Positions 54,576-64,000 of a stretch of 64,000 nucleotides of DNA are shown here, piece after piece. Source of the stretch: a virus (lineage: Duplodnaviria; Caudoviricetes). The stretch is from the IMG/VR virus record IMGVR_UViG_3300028591_000090, positions 96,001-160,000 of that record; one strand, given 5' to 3'. Position 1 is the stretch's first letter, and the number at the start of each line of letters is the position of its first letter. A program made the translations under genes and the position numbers. The notes beneath the pieces were generated by a model. It saw only the letters and a program-made list of their open reading frames with translations. It was not told the DNA's origin and made no database searches.

Positions 54576-57272
54576 TTAATATTCAAATGATTGACACATA
54601 TCATTATAAATTTTATCAACACTACTGCCGCTTATAGAAATATTAATAACAATAGATAATTCTCCTTTTTTAACTTTTCGTTGAACCAAACCAACAGGAA
54701 CGAACAAATCAATATCTGTATTATTATAAAGACATTTCATAGAAATATCACCTGTTGTGGCAAGAGTAGTATCTGCACAATGAATTGTAAAATCTTGTAT
54801 TGGTTTTGATAAAATATTTAAAGAGCCAACATTATATATAAACGCAAAAGAAAATAATAAAGATCCTCTAATATCAAATGCTGCGAAAACTTGGAAAAAT
54901 TTTTCATCTATTCCAATATAAAAATCACCATCTTTTGTAAAATTAATAATAGGTGGTTTTATGAAATAACTATACACGTTTACATTATTCACAAATTTAT
55001 AACCTATATAATCATCACCACCATCTCCTTCGAAATTAAGACAATACCAATTAAAAACTTCTCTACCTCCATTCTTTTTTATTAGATACGGTCTTCCTGC
55101 GTTACCAGCAATATTTACAACAGAATTAGCATCACCTATTTCAATAGAACTAGCAGTAATAGAAACTTTACTATTTGAATTTATTTTTAAATCTGCACCA
55201 GAATATAGTTCTAATCCATAATTTGTATAAACCTCTTTTGTTTGGTTTCTTAAATTTTTTCGATTTATTTTACTTGAATCAGAAGAAGGAATTAAATACA
55301 AACCACCAACCCATTGGGTTTTTACTTCTTCCGACACACTAGTATCATAAGTTCTAAATTGTACAAACGCTTCTCTCTTTACTGTCGGTCTATCTGTTGG
55401 AATTAAAGGATAAACTAAATTTAGCACATCTCCACCATAAACATTTGTAATTGTCAAATTTTTATTATATGTATTTAACCAATAAGAATATGTTAAATCT
55501 CTTTTATACAAGCCTTCATTATCCAACCATACAGTACTATTAACATATTTACTTTTATCTAATATATAAGGGTTGAATTGACTTGTAATATGCAATGGTG
55601 AATAAATAGTCTCAAAATATTGAGATTGAGGATTATCGTTCTTATCTACCTTAATATCATAAATATTAATTCTTAAATCATATATATCATCATTTCTATT
55701 TGTTTGAATAACAGTACAAACATCATTATTAACACTATTTGTTATTGTTCTGTTTGATATTTTACATTCAGCATTATTATTAACACTATTTGTTATAGAA
55801 GCATTAGAAGCAGTAACATTATTTTTTATTCCTTGATGAAAAACTTCTGTTTTTGCTGTATTATCTCCTTTTTTAACTTCTTGAGTTATTTGTGTATCTA
55901 ATTTTATATTGCACGATGCCTCATTTTCATTTGTCAATAATATGCTTTTATCATTGTTGATATATAAACCACGTTCTATTGAACCATCTACAGAATAAAT
56001 TTTTATGTTTTGATTTTTAGTATATATTTTATTACCGTCAGTATCATATGAAAAAGTTAAAAAAGTATCATAACCTCCAACTACTAAATCACCAGTCTTT
56101 ACTTTTACCTTTTCTCCTACTCTAGATTCTGTACGAATAAAACCTTTTATCTTATCATTACCATTAATATCCTTATCATATTCTGTACCAATAGAAAAGA
56201 ATCCACCAAATTGATTATCTGTTACTGGTTCTGCATTACCTCTTGCAAATGTGATAGCATTTTCTACATTATCGCCACCATATCCATTCATTAACATACC
56301 ATTAGTAAATTTACCATCGCCAATGGTAACTATATTATTCTTTTTAGTATTAGAATTTATATCTGAATCTTTTTCAGCTTTTGATATAAATCTAAAACCT
56401 GATGTCATGTTGTCTCTATTACTAGAACTTGTTTGTGGTGCAACAACAAATAAACCTTCAACATAATCTATTTCATCTGTATTATTTTTGTCTTTTCTTA
56501 TACTTCTTTGTGTAATACGAAATTCTCTATCTTTATCTTCAACATTATAATCTCCATTCAAGACATAGATTGAATTTAACGATATACCAGATTGATAACT
56601 ATAAATATCATTAATATTACTACTACCAATATGAGAAAAAATATTTAACGGTGCTTCTGCCAATTTATTAGCAACATAACCTTTTATATTCTCATTATTA
56701 ATCATATCTGGTGCTAATACAATCTTTGCATCTTCTCTACTTTTTTTATAATCTATTTTTAAATATTGTTTTAATGTAATAATATCTCTATCTTGGTCTA
56801 TTCTATCCCAAAATTCCGAACTTTTTGTTTTTTCGTCTACAAAATCACTTATAATTTCAGATAAATCAACAACCAAATCTTTTTTTATATCGGGAACTTT
56901 TTCTTCATTATTAACTCCCGACTTATAGATTGCTTCTTTATCCATAAAAAGTACTAAATCACCGTCTGTGATTCCATTTTCTTCACACCAAGAAACATAT
57001 TTTTCTTTTAAATCTTTGTATGTTTTTTCATCTGGAGAAGGAAATTTTTGTCCTTTTTCTTCATCTCCATATACAAATAAAGAATTACCTCTCTCGCCTT
57101 GAATACCTTGACGACCAGTAGCACCAGGCATACCAACATTACCTTTATCACCCTTAATAGTTTTTACACCATTAATGTAATCAGCCAATAAATGAAAGTT
57201 ATAATTTGCTTTATCAGAATATGTTTTTTGTGAATCTGATGCCTGTAGTGTCTGTAGTATTACCTTTGCCAT
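54576..57272 (-). CDS. Collagen-repeat virion/baseplate fibre protein
   Basis: N-terminal DKANYNF then Gly-X-Y repeats GDKGNVGMPGATGRQGIQGERG. Confidence 0.7.
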   Translation of the reverse strand: MAKVILQTLQASDSQKTYSDKANYNFHLLADYINGVKTIKGDKGNVGMPGATGRQGIQGERGNSLFVYGDEEKGQKFPSPDEKTYKDLKEKYVSWCEENGITDGDLVLFMDKEAIYKSGVNNEEKVPDIKKDLVVDLSEIISDFVDEKTKSSEFWDRIDQDRDIITLKQYLKIDYKKSREDAKIVLAPDMINNENIKGYVANKLAEAPLNIFSHIGSSNINDIYSYQSGISLNSIYVLNGDYNVEDKDREFRITQRSIRKDKNNTDEIDYVEGLFVVAPQTSSSNRDNMTSGFRFISKAEKDSDINSNTKKNNIVTIGDGKFTNGMLMNGYGGDNVENAITFARGNAEPVTDNQFGGFFSIGTEYDKDINGNDKIKGFIRTESRVGEKVKVKTGDLVVGGYDTFLTFSYDTDGNKIYTKNQNIKIYSVDGSIERGLYINNDKSILLTNENEASCNIKLDTQITQEVKKGDNTAKTEVFHQGIKNNVTASNASITNSVNNNAECKISNRTITNSVNNDVCTVIQTNRNDDIYDLRINIYDIKVDKNDNPQSQYFETIYSPLHITSQFNPYILDKSKYVNSTVWLDNEGLYKRDLTYSYWLNTYNKNLTITNVYGGDVLNLVYPLIPTDRPTVKREAFVQFRTYDTSVSEEVKTQWVGGLYLIPSSDSSKINRKNLRNQTKEVYTNYGLELYSGADLKINSNSKVSITASSIEIGDANSVVNIAGNAGRPYLIKKNGGREVFNWYCLNFEGDGGDDYIGYKFVNNVNVYSYFIKPPIINFTKDGDFYIGIDEKFFQVFAAFDIRGSLLFSFAFIYNVGSLNILSKPIQDFTIHCADTTLATTGDISMKCLYNNTDIDLFVPVGLVQRKVKKGELSIVINISISGSSVDKIYNDMCQSFEY

Positions 57273-57276
57273 TTCC

Positions 57277-60200
57277 TTATATTAATTTCATTACTGCAAC
57301 TAAATTTATCAATGAATTATAATTCTGTTTTACACTATATTCAAATGATATGACATAGTTGTCTTCTTTATTTATTTTTACGTTCCTATCAACGATAAAG
57401 TTACTTATTTTTTTAGATTCAAAGTCTTCATCACTTATCTCTACCGTTTGTTTTGATTGAACTCTTTCATAATATACATAAATTGAATTTATATCATATA
57501 AATTAAGTATATTCTTTGTTATATATTCATTGATATAATCCATTTTAGGCATACCATAATATGTGTAATAATCGTCAGAAGAAACATCTAAATAATCAAA
57601 TGCTTTTTCAATTCCAAGTTTTAATAATTTTGAAATCATTACATTATTCATATTAACTCGAACAGATACTTTACCGTCGTAAATACTATAAACAATTTCT
57701 TTATCTTTCATATCAACAACGGAAACATCATTAACTAATTCTGTTTTGAATTTAGTTAAATTAACCTCATCTGGTAACACAATAACATTGTTTATCATTG
57801 TATTATCTTCTTCTATTCTTAATGTACCAGGAACATTTTCATAAGAATTTTTATCCGTATATTTCATATGAAAATCCAAATCCCAACTTGTATGTAATAC
57901 ATTCAAATCCTTTTTACCAATTGGTGTTTCTCCAACAAGTTCATACTCAAGATTATATCTCTTATCATTCAAGAAAGAATAAATATCTCCATCAGATACT
58001 TTCATATGACCAAAGTTCTCTATCGTCGCAAACTTACCAAGAGAAGAATTAAATACCGTATTATAACCAGTATTACTATTATTAGACATAGATATTACAT
58101 TGTTAAACAAAGGAATATACTTTCCTGAATATCTATAAATATAACTGTCATTTACTTCTTTTGTATCATAATTATAACCAATAACGGTATTTGAATTATC
58201 CATTATAGGTGTTGTTATTACACTACTACTTTTCTTTATTTCTGTTGATGGCTCAATGTACAATGCACATTTTGTATTCCCCATATACGATACCGTAAAA
58301 TCTCTATTGTTTATAAAAGAGAATATTGTTCTTGTTGTTATATTTTTAAAAAAATGTTTATAATATTCCTTACCACCAAAAATTTGCTCTACTTCTTGCA
58401 ATATAATATCAGAAACAAAATTTCTATCTAAATCAACAAGACTTATATTTCCAAGTTCATTATTTAATCTTACATAATTAATTGTCGAATCTTCTAATAT
58501 TTTAGTATCTATTGGTATTTTATTTTCTTTTGAACATAAATGAGTAAATAATTTATCTTTATTGCGATTAACACCACAAATTATATTTTCTGACTCAAAA
58601 TTAAACACCTCATTAGATAAATCATAATCAATATAACTAAATGTTTGCATTCCAGTAAGATACATACCATTCAAAATCAAATTTGTTGGTATTTTTATCG
58701 TAGAAAAATCATCTTCTCCCTCATAAAATTTCTTATCTGTAATTTTATATAAATCAGTATATGTTATGTTACATAAGTTATCTTCAAAGATAAATCTATA
58801 ATCTCCACTTATACAAATATCTTTATCTTCATATAAATGTTTTTCTAAATCATAAAAGACATCTTTGTTTACAATAAATTTATCACCTTTTTTATAAATA
58901 GAATCACCTTTGTATATTGTTTCAACTTTATTACCATCTTTATCTTTAAAACGAGTTTCGTCGTCATTTACTCTTATATAATTATCATTAAAAATAACGT
59001 ATTGATTTTCTGATAAAGATGATAATTTATCTATAGAATCAACAAAGCCAACAAAATTTGCATGTTCAAATATGTTTTTACGAACATTTGGTTTTTGAAT
59101 TTCTTCTTTATTAGCATCATTTATTACCTTTTCTTCTTTATTTTTCTTTTGTAATTTTATTCTCGAAACACTACCAATTTGTACGGTTACATAAAAAATA
59201 ATATATTTCTTTTCTTCGTTTTCAATGACTTTCATTTCATACACATTATCAGCATTACCATCAACCTCTTCGACAGGCTCTAATATTGCACAAAATTTAT
59301 AACCGTCATATTTTCTACTCTTTTCTACATATTTAACATTATCTGTCGAATAAAAATCAAGTCTGTCTGTAGATAATTCTCTTATCTGTAATTTCAATCC
59401 TCTAAAAAATGTCTCACAACAGCCAGACGCTGAATTATATTTGATAATACTATATCTATAATACGCAATACCACTATTTACATATACCAAATCTTTATCA
59501 AAATCAGCATTATAAACATCAAAGTATCTATTCAAATAGCAATAATTTTCGTCACTTATTGCATTTGAAAACATATACATCCACTCCAAATTCATTGCGT
59601 TCACATCTATATCAATTTTAGATGTGTTTGGTGACATATTATATTTTCCAAAAGCAAAAGACGTATTTAATCGGTATGGATTACCTCTCAAATCATTACC
59701 ACAATCATAACCCCATTTACAAATATATGGAATTGTTTTGCTAACTGTTTCATACGTTGGATAATAATTTTCTTTATTATAATCATATTCACAATCAACG
59801 TCACCATTCAATGTAGGTATATTATCAACATCTATATCAATATCAGGAACTAATAAAATATCATAGTCTTCTTTTTCTTCATTAAAGTTTATACCACCAA
59901 CAAGATATGTTCCTTCTTCTTTATACACATCAGAAATCGTATAATCAACTTCACCATAAGAATTTACAAAAGCATATTTTTTTGCTTCTCCTTGTGTTAT
60001 ATAATTATCATCTTCAATAACATAGAAAAGATAATCATCAATCCACTTAACTTCTTTTTCAAAAGTTGGTCTTTCTGTACAACTATAAATATATTTTTGA
60101 CTTAATTTTTCGTTTGGTCGAATAAGATTTTTGTTTGCGTCAAAATCATTTTTAACGTCATATCTTTTTGAATAAAAACTAAAATCAAAATCTTTTATGT

Positions 60201-62484
60201 TATAAATTGACATATAAGACATTGGTATCTTGTACTCGTGTGTTATTGCGACTTTTTTTGACGACAACAAAGCATCATAAGTTGTTTCCAATATAACAGC
60301 AACATAATCTGATATTGCAGTAAACGCCTTACCAAGTTCTTCATCTGTCATATTTCTATGGAAATAACCAGCATATTTTTGTGTTCTTGCAACCATTGAA
60401 TAGCCATCTTTGGTTCTTACAACACAAGTATTATCTATATTATCTGTCAATCTATAATCCAACAACAATACATTAGGACTATCACTACCACCTATTGCAT
60501 TATATCTGTCATAGCCATCAAACTCGCCATATACTGAATATGATTTTTCATTATCTATATCTATCGAAACAGACAATCTATCATCATAAGAACCACTCGC
60601 ATTGTATACGATTGCAAAGAATCTACCATAACTGTATGCAGTAAATTGTCTTTGTGGCATTTCATTTATACAATCTGCCAACCCTTGTGTAAATTTACTA
60701 ATATTTGTTTCATTACCCTCTACACCAACATAATACGAATTACAATATTGTTCTGAATCAATACCAACAATACGTTTACCGTCAATAAAAGCGACAACTT
60801 TTCCTTCCTCTATTGTGTATATATCTTCTTTTACCAACTCACCGTTTTCATCATAATGATAAATACCGTTTTCATCATTATATCCGTCTATTTGTTTAAC
60901 AACATTAACATAATCACCCTCTTCAAATACATTATCAATAATTTCTTGTTGTGTTGTTACATTTGCTCGATAATATAAATCTGGTGTGTAAACCAACTCA
61001 TAATTATCATAAGTTACTATATCATAATAATATTCTGATACATCACCATAAATCTTTTCTTCACCAAAACCAGTAAAAAAGTTTATTATATCATATTTTT
61101 CACCTCTCGCATTTACGTGTGAGCCACCAATATGATAAATAATCATTTTTTCACCGTCTTTTGGTAACTCATTAAAATCTATTCTAATAAATGTTTTACC
61201 AGGATTTTCTGGTATTTCTGCAAAATCGTTTATAGCAACAACATCGTCACTACCAAGAAAATTCTTTACATTTATCTCTTTATTTGTTACTTGAATAGAA
61301 GTAATATTTCTACCGTCACCCTCTAATCCTTTAATTCTGTAAAAATCACCTTTCTTATCTTTTAAAACAGAAATAACTTGATTATCTTCTCTTAAAAGAA
61401 TATTATCGTAACTTTTACTTGTATCTGTATCTTCAACACTACCTATAGCCAACTTACAACCATCTTCATTATTAATGAATAAATCAGATGTTGGTAATCT
61501 TTTTATTTGATTATAAAAATGTGGTGTGTTTTTAAAATAATCTTGATAATCTTTTTGACCTCTATAATCAACCATCAATTTAGAAAATTCAACCTCATTA
61601 AGATAGAAACCAATATATCTATTATGGTCAAAAATTTCAGCAGAATCATCGTTAAACAAGAACTCAAAATTTATTATGTTTGGATATAAAAGTCCGTGTC
61701 TCTGAAATCCATTAGTAATATATTCTTCAAAAACCTTTAATGGCATATCTTTAGAATAAAAATCTTCATACATTAGTTCAGAAGCACTACTATATACGCC
61801 ACTTTTAATATTAAGTCCAGAGAAAACAGTTTCCATTCCCTCATTGAAATTAACACTCAATGGAGACTCTGGAAAATCATCGCTACAAACAATCTTTCTA
61901 ATATATCTACCAATTCTTGTATCTGTTTTCAAAGAAACTGTTTTTATTATAGTCGAATTATTGATTATATCAAACATATATTTCTTTGTGTCATACAAGG
62001 CTTCTTTATTCTGAATCAAATTAGTTAAAGTTGCATTCAGTGGTCCATCAATTCTTAATATGACAAAATACTCTGGTATATCTTTTCCTCTAAAATAAAA
62101 TGGAGCAAAATAAGAAAACTTCTCTGTATAATTTACATCTTGTAAATATCTTGCACCAGAAAAGTACAAAGAAAAATCATATTGTTTTGAATAATCAAGA
62201 TTAGTTACGGCAGACGTTTGGTCTACATCACTCTTAATATCAAAAAATACATTTACAATAGAGTCATTTCCTGATATAAGTTTATTAACATTAGCAGGAT
62301 ACGTCCACTCATCAACGATAGGACTATGTTTATAAGAAGCGTTTGCCAACTCATCATTACTATCAATAGTGTTGAGCCAAATATCTCCTTTTGTGTCAAC
62401 AGTTAATTTTATATTTCCCGTAAGTCTTACATCTGTTCTTACTAATGCAAAACTTGAATTTATATCAGAATTATTAGTCTCCAT
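57277..62484 (-). CDS. Large (1735 aa) virion structural protein, probably baseplate-associated
   Basis: Size, composition and position in a structural operon. Confidence 0.55.
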   Translation of the reverse strand: METNNSDINSSFALVRTDVRLTGNIKLTVDTKGDIWLNTIDSNDELANASYKHSPIVDEWTYPANVNKLISGNDSIVNVFFDIKSDVDQTSAVTNLDYSKQYDFSLYFSGARYLQDVNYTEKFSYFAPFYFRGKDIPEYFVILRIDGPLNATLTNLIQNKEALYDTKKYMFDIINNSTIIKTVSLKTDTRIGRYIRKIVCSDDFPESPLSVNFNEGMETVFSGLNIKSGVYSSASELMYEDFYSKDMPLKVFEEYITNGFQRHGLLYPNIINFEFLFNDDSAEIFDHNRYIGFYLNEVEFSKLMVDYRGQKDYQDYFKNTPHFYNQIKRLPTSDLFINNEDGCKLAIGSVEDTDTSKSYDNILLREDNQVISVLKDKKGDFYRIKGLEGDGRNITSIQVTNKEINVKNFLGSDDVVAINDFAEIPENPGKTFIRIDFNELPKDGEKMIIYHIGGSHVNARGEKYDIINFFTGFGEEKIYGDVSEYYYDIVTYDNYELVYTPDLYYRANVTTQQEIIDNVFEEGDYVNVVKQIDGYNDENGIYHYDENGELVKEDIYTIEEGKVVAFIDGKRIVGIDSEQYCNSYYVGVEGNETNISKFTQGLADCINEMPQRQFTAYSYGRFFAIVYNASGSYDDRLSVSIDIDNEKSYSVYGEFDGYDRYNAIGGSDSPNVLLLDYRLTDNIDNTCVVRTKDGYSMVARTQKYAGYFHRNMTDEELGKAFTAISDYVAVILETTYDALLSSKKVAITHEYKIPMSYMSIYNIKDFDFSFYSKRYDVKNDFDANKNLIRPNEKLSQKYIYSCTERPTFEKEVKWIDDYLFYVIEDDNYITQGEAKKYAFVNSYGEVDYTISDVYKEEGTYLVGGINFNEEKEDYDILLVPDIDIDVDNIPTLNGDVDCEYDYNKENYYPTYETVSKTIPYICKWGYDCGNDLRGNPYRLNTSFAFGKYNMSPNTSKIDIDVNAMNLEWMYMFSNAISDENYCYLNRYFDVYNADFDKDLVYVNSGIAYYRYSIIKYNSASGCCETFFRGLKLQIRELSTDRLDFYSTDNVKYVEKSRKYDGYKFCAILEPVEEVDGNADNVYEMKVIENEEKKYIIFYVTVQIGSVSRIKLQKKNKEEKVINDANKEEIQKPNVRKNIFEHANFVGFVDSIDKLSSLSENQYVIFNDNYIRVNDDETRFKDKDGNKVETIYKGDSIYKKGDKFIVNKDVFYDLEKHLYEDKDICISGDYRFIFEDNLCNITYTDLYKITDKKFYEGEDDFSTIKIPTNLILNGMYLTGMQTFSYIDYDLSNEVFNFESENIICGVNRNKDKLFTHLCSKENKIPIDTKILEDSTINYVRLNNELGNISLVDLDRNFVSDIILQEVEQIFGGKEYYKHFFKNITTRTIFSFINNRDFTVSYMGNTKCALYIEPSTEIKKSSSVITTPIMDNSNTVIGYNYDTKEVNDSYIYRYSGKYIPLFNNVISMSNNSNTGYNTVFNSSLGKFATIENFGHMKVSDGDIYSFLNDKRYNLEYELVGETPIGKKDLNVLHTSWDLDFHMKYTDKNSYENVPGTLRIEEDNTMINNVIVLPDEVNLTKFKTELVNDVSVVDMKDKEIVYSIYDGKVSVRVNMNNVMISKLLKLGIEKAFDYLDVSSDDYYTYYGMPKMDYINEYITKNILNLYDINSIYVYYERVQSKQTVEISDEDFESKKISNFIVDRNVKINKEDNYVISFEYSVKQNYNSLINLVAVMKLI

Positions 62485-62489
62485 TAACT

Positions 62490-64000
62490 TTAATTTTTAT
62501 ATTTACAAGTAGCAATAACATCAAAAGAAATTATATCTTTTATAGAAGAATTTCTTGCAACAACATCTAATCCAATGATTTTCTGATAAGTAATATTTTC
62601 TCTTTCTGTATTACCATAACCACCAACAACGCCTAATACATCTGTGCATCTAAATTGGAATACAATAGGTATCTGAATAGAAACTCCGTGTTCTAATTTT
62701 CTAACAGAAGAAGCAACATTACCTGATACAGATATTGCAGAATAACTTGATGGTCTCAAGAATAAATATGCACCACAAGTATATTTTCCACCAAAATATT
62801 TATCTTGTTCTTCAAATCCACATTTTATTGGATAATTTGCTGTTTTTTTATCTGATTCTGTCGATGCTGTTCCTGGAACAAAACTTTGTTGTTGGTAATA
62901 TTGTATAGTTGTTTGTGTTCCTTCTATTACTTCGCTTCCTTCTTCTTTACAAATATGCATAGCATAACTATGTGAAAATAACATATAATCTTTACTTGCT
63001 GTTCCACCATCTGTTTGCATTGAATCTGCCCAACCTGTTTTAGTATTTTTAAAAGTATGAATTATAGCATTGTTGTTATTCGTTTTTACAAAGAAATTTG
63101 ATTTTAATCCATAATCACTACCTTTATCTGCACCAACAGGGAAGCATAAGATATAACTTGGTTGTGTATCTGGACTCTTTCCTGAATAAGGGAATGTCTT
63201 TAATCTATCAGTACAATTAGTTGAATATTGATCTGATATTGAATCTACACTATCAGTATATAAAGTTTTAGAACCACCATAATTAGTATTTCTACAATAA
63301 ATAAACTGACTCCTTGCTTGTCCAGATTGGAAACTTTGTTGTGCTTGTAAACTTGCCCACGAGGTATCACTATTTCCCTCTATACTAATGCTTCCTTTAT
63401 CATAAGGTGCTTCTGCTTGAATGTCAGATAACGGACTACTAAAATAAGAAACAAGTTCAAGTATAGAAGCAGAAGTATTTTCAAGTTTTAGAGTATAAAT
63501 CTTTTCAATTATATCTCCATCTGTTTCTATACTGTTCTTATAGTATTCAACAGGTAATTCAATAACATTACCTGGAGATACTTTTATAATCGTTCCATCT
63601 TCACATACAATAGAGATTTTCAAGTTTGCAACCTCTTCTTTTACTTGTGATTCTAATAATGAAATTTTATCATTTAAAATTTTTAAATAATCGTATGCAC
63701 TAATATTCTTATAATCATCTGTATAAAAACCAGATGCAATATTATTCAAATTATGTGCATAGTATTTTTCATTTGTCCAAAAACTATCCTCTAAATGTTT
63801 GTCCAACATCATAGATATAAGTTCTTCATTAAAATTACTCAATGCATTTTCAATAAGCAATTGCTCTGCTAAAAATGCACTTTCGTTTGTAGTTTCAAAT
63901 TCTTCTGGAAAACTCATTGTTATCGTATTAGACCAATCCGATTCAAGTGGGTTAATCGGATAACCAGCCTCTGATACAGATTTAACACGAATTTCAACCA
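62490..64000 (-). CDS. Virion structural protein, 5' end outside the window
   Basis: Frame is open upstream of the listed Met to the window edge (VEIRVKSVSEAGYPINPLESDWSNT, resembling the end of an FN3-like domain). Confidence 0.7.
   Translation of the reverse strand, partial: VEIRVKSVSEAGYPINPLESDWSNTITMSFPEEFETTNESAFLAEQLLIENALSNFNEELISMMLDKHLEDSFWTNEKYYAHNLNNIASGFYTDDYKNISAYDYLKILNDKISLLESQVKEEVANLKISIVCEDGTIIKVSPGNVIELPVEYYKNSIETDGDIIEKIYTLKLENTSASILELVSYFSSPLSDIQAEAPYDKGSISIEGNSDTSWASLQAQQSFQSGQARSQFIYCRNTNYGGSKTLYTDSVDSISDQYSTNCTDRLKTFPYSGKSPDTQPSYILCFPVGADKGSDYGLKSNFFVKTNNNNAIIHTFKNTKTGWADSMQTDGGTASKDYMLFSHSYAMHICKEEGSEVIEGTQTTIQYYQQQSFVPGTASTESDKKTANYPIKCGFEEQDKYFGGKYTCGAYLFLRPSSYSAISVSGNVASSVRKLEHGVSIQIPIVFQFRCTDVLGVVGGYGNTERENITYQKIIGLDVVARNSSIKDIISFDVIATCKYKN

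Noticed and set aside
55725-55796. 21-bp direct repeat at 51-bp period
   Set aside because: Small in-frame duplication (ITNSVNN) inside a fibre gene; ordinary.
1-64000. Genome-wide TAG-to-Gln recoding as in Lak megaphages
   Set aside because: ORFs up to 2247 aa are uninterrupted in the standard code, coding density is already near complete, and TAG stops at 17975 and 20666 coincide with terminators.
1-64000. CRISPR arrays, tRNA or rRNA genes, integrase or invertase
   Set aside because: Intergenic gaps are short and none shows spaced direct repeats or cloverleaf motifs; no recombinase motifs were recognised.

Overview
An AT-rich (roughly one quarter GC by eye), densely coding segment of a large T4-like (myovirus-type, probably jumbo) phage genome in the standard genetic code. 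The host is most likely a Bacteroidota, because TAnnTTTG (-7) promoters, several with a TTTG (-33) box, precede the non-structural genes. The window is mostly virion morphogenesis and packaging: neck (gp13-like), baseplate (gp25-, gp6-, gp26-, gp51-like), gp4-like head-completion nuclease, tail-tube-like and tape-measure-like proteins, a long cluster of fibre/adhesin genes with two glycosyltransferase-like genes, a lysis-type membrane cluster and two peptidoglycan hydrolases. It also carries an ECF sigma factor and only the N-terminal half of a family-B DNA polymerase. The standout is a fractured terminase large subunit: TerL-N plus a 44-aa N-intein, then a free-standing Vsr-like endonuclease gene, then a 142-aa C-intein plus TerL-C, so the Walker A motif can only be rebuilt by protein trans-splicing. 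Other candidates are a +1 frameshift (UUU_CGG) joining the gp26-like and gp51-like genes, a gene with an in-frame TGA and an A8 tract, head-to-tail docking motifs between fibre proteins, a GC-shifted receptor-binding cassette, several degenerate enzymes and protease-processed internal head proteins. All family assignments come from motif recognition by eye; no database search was run.
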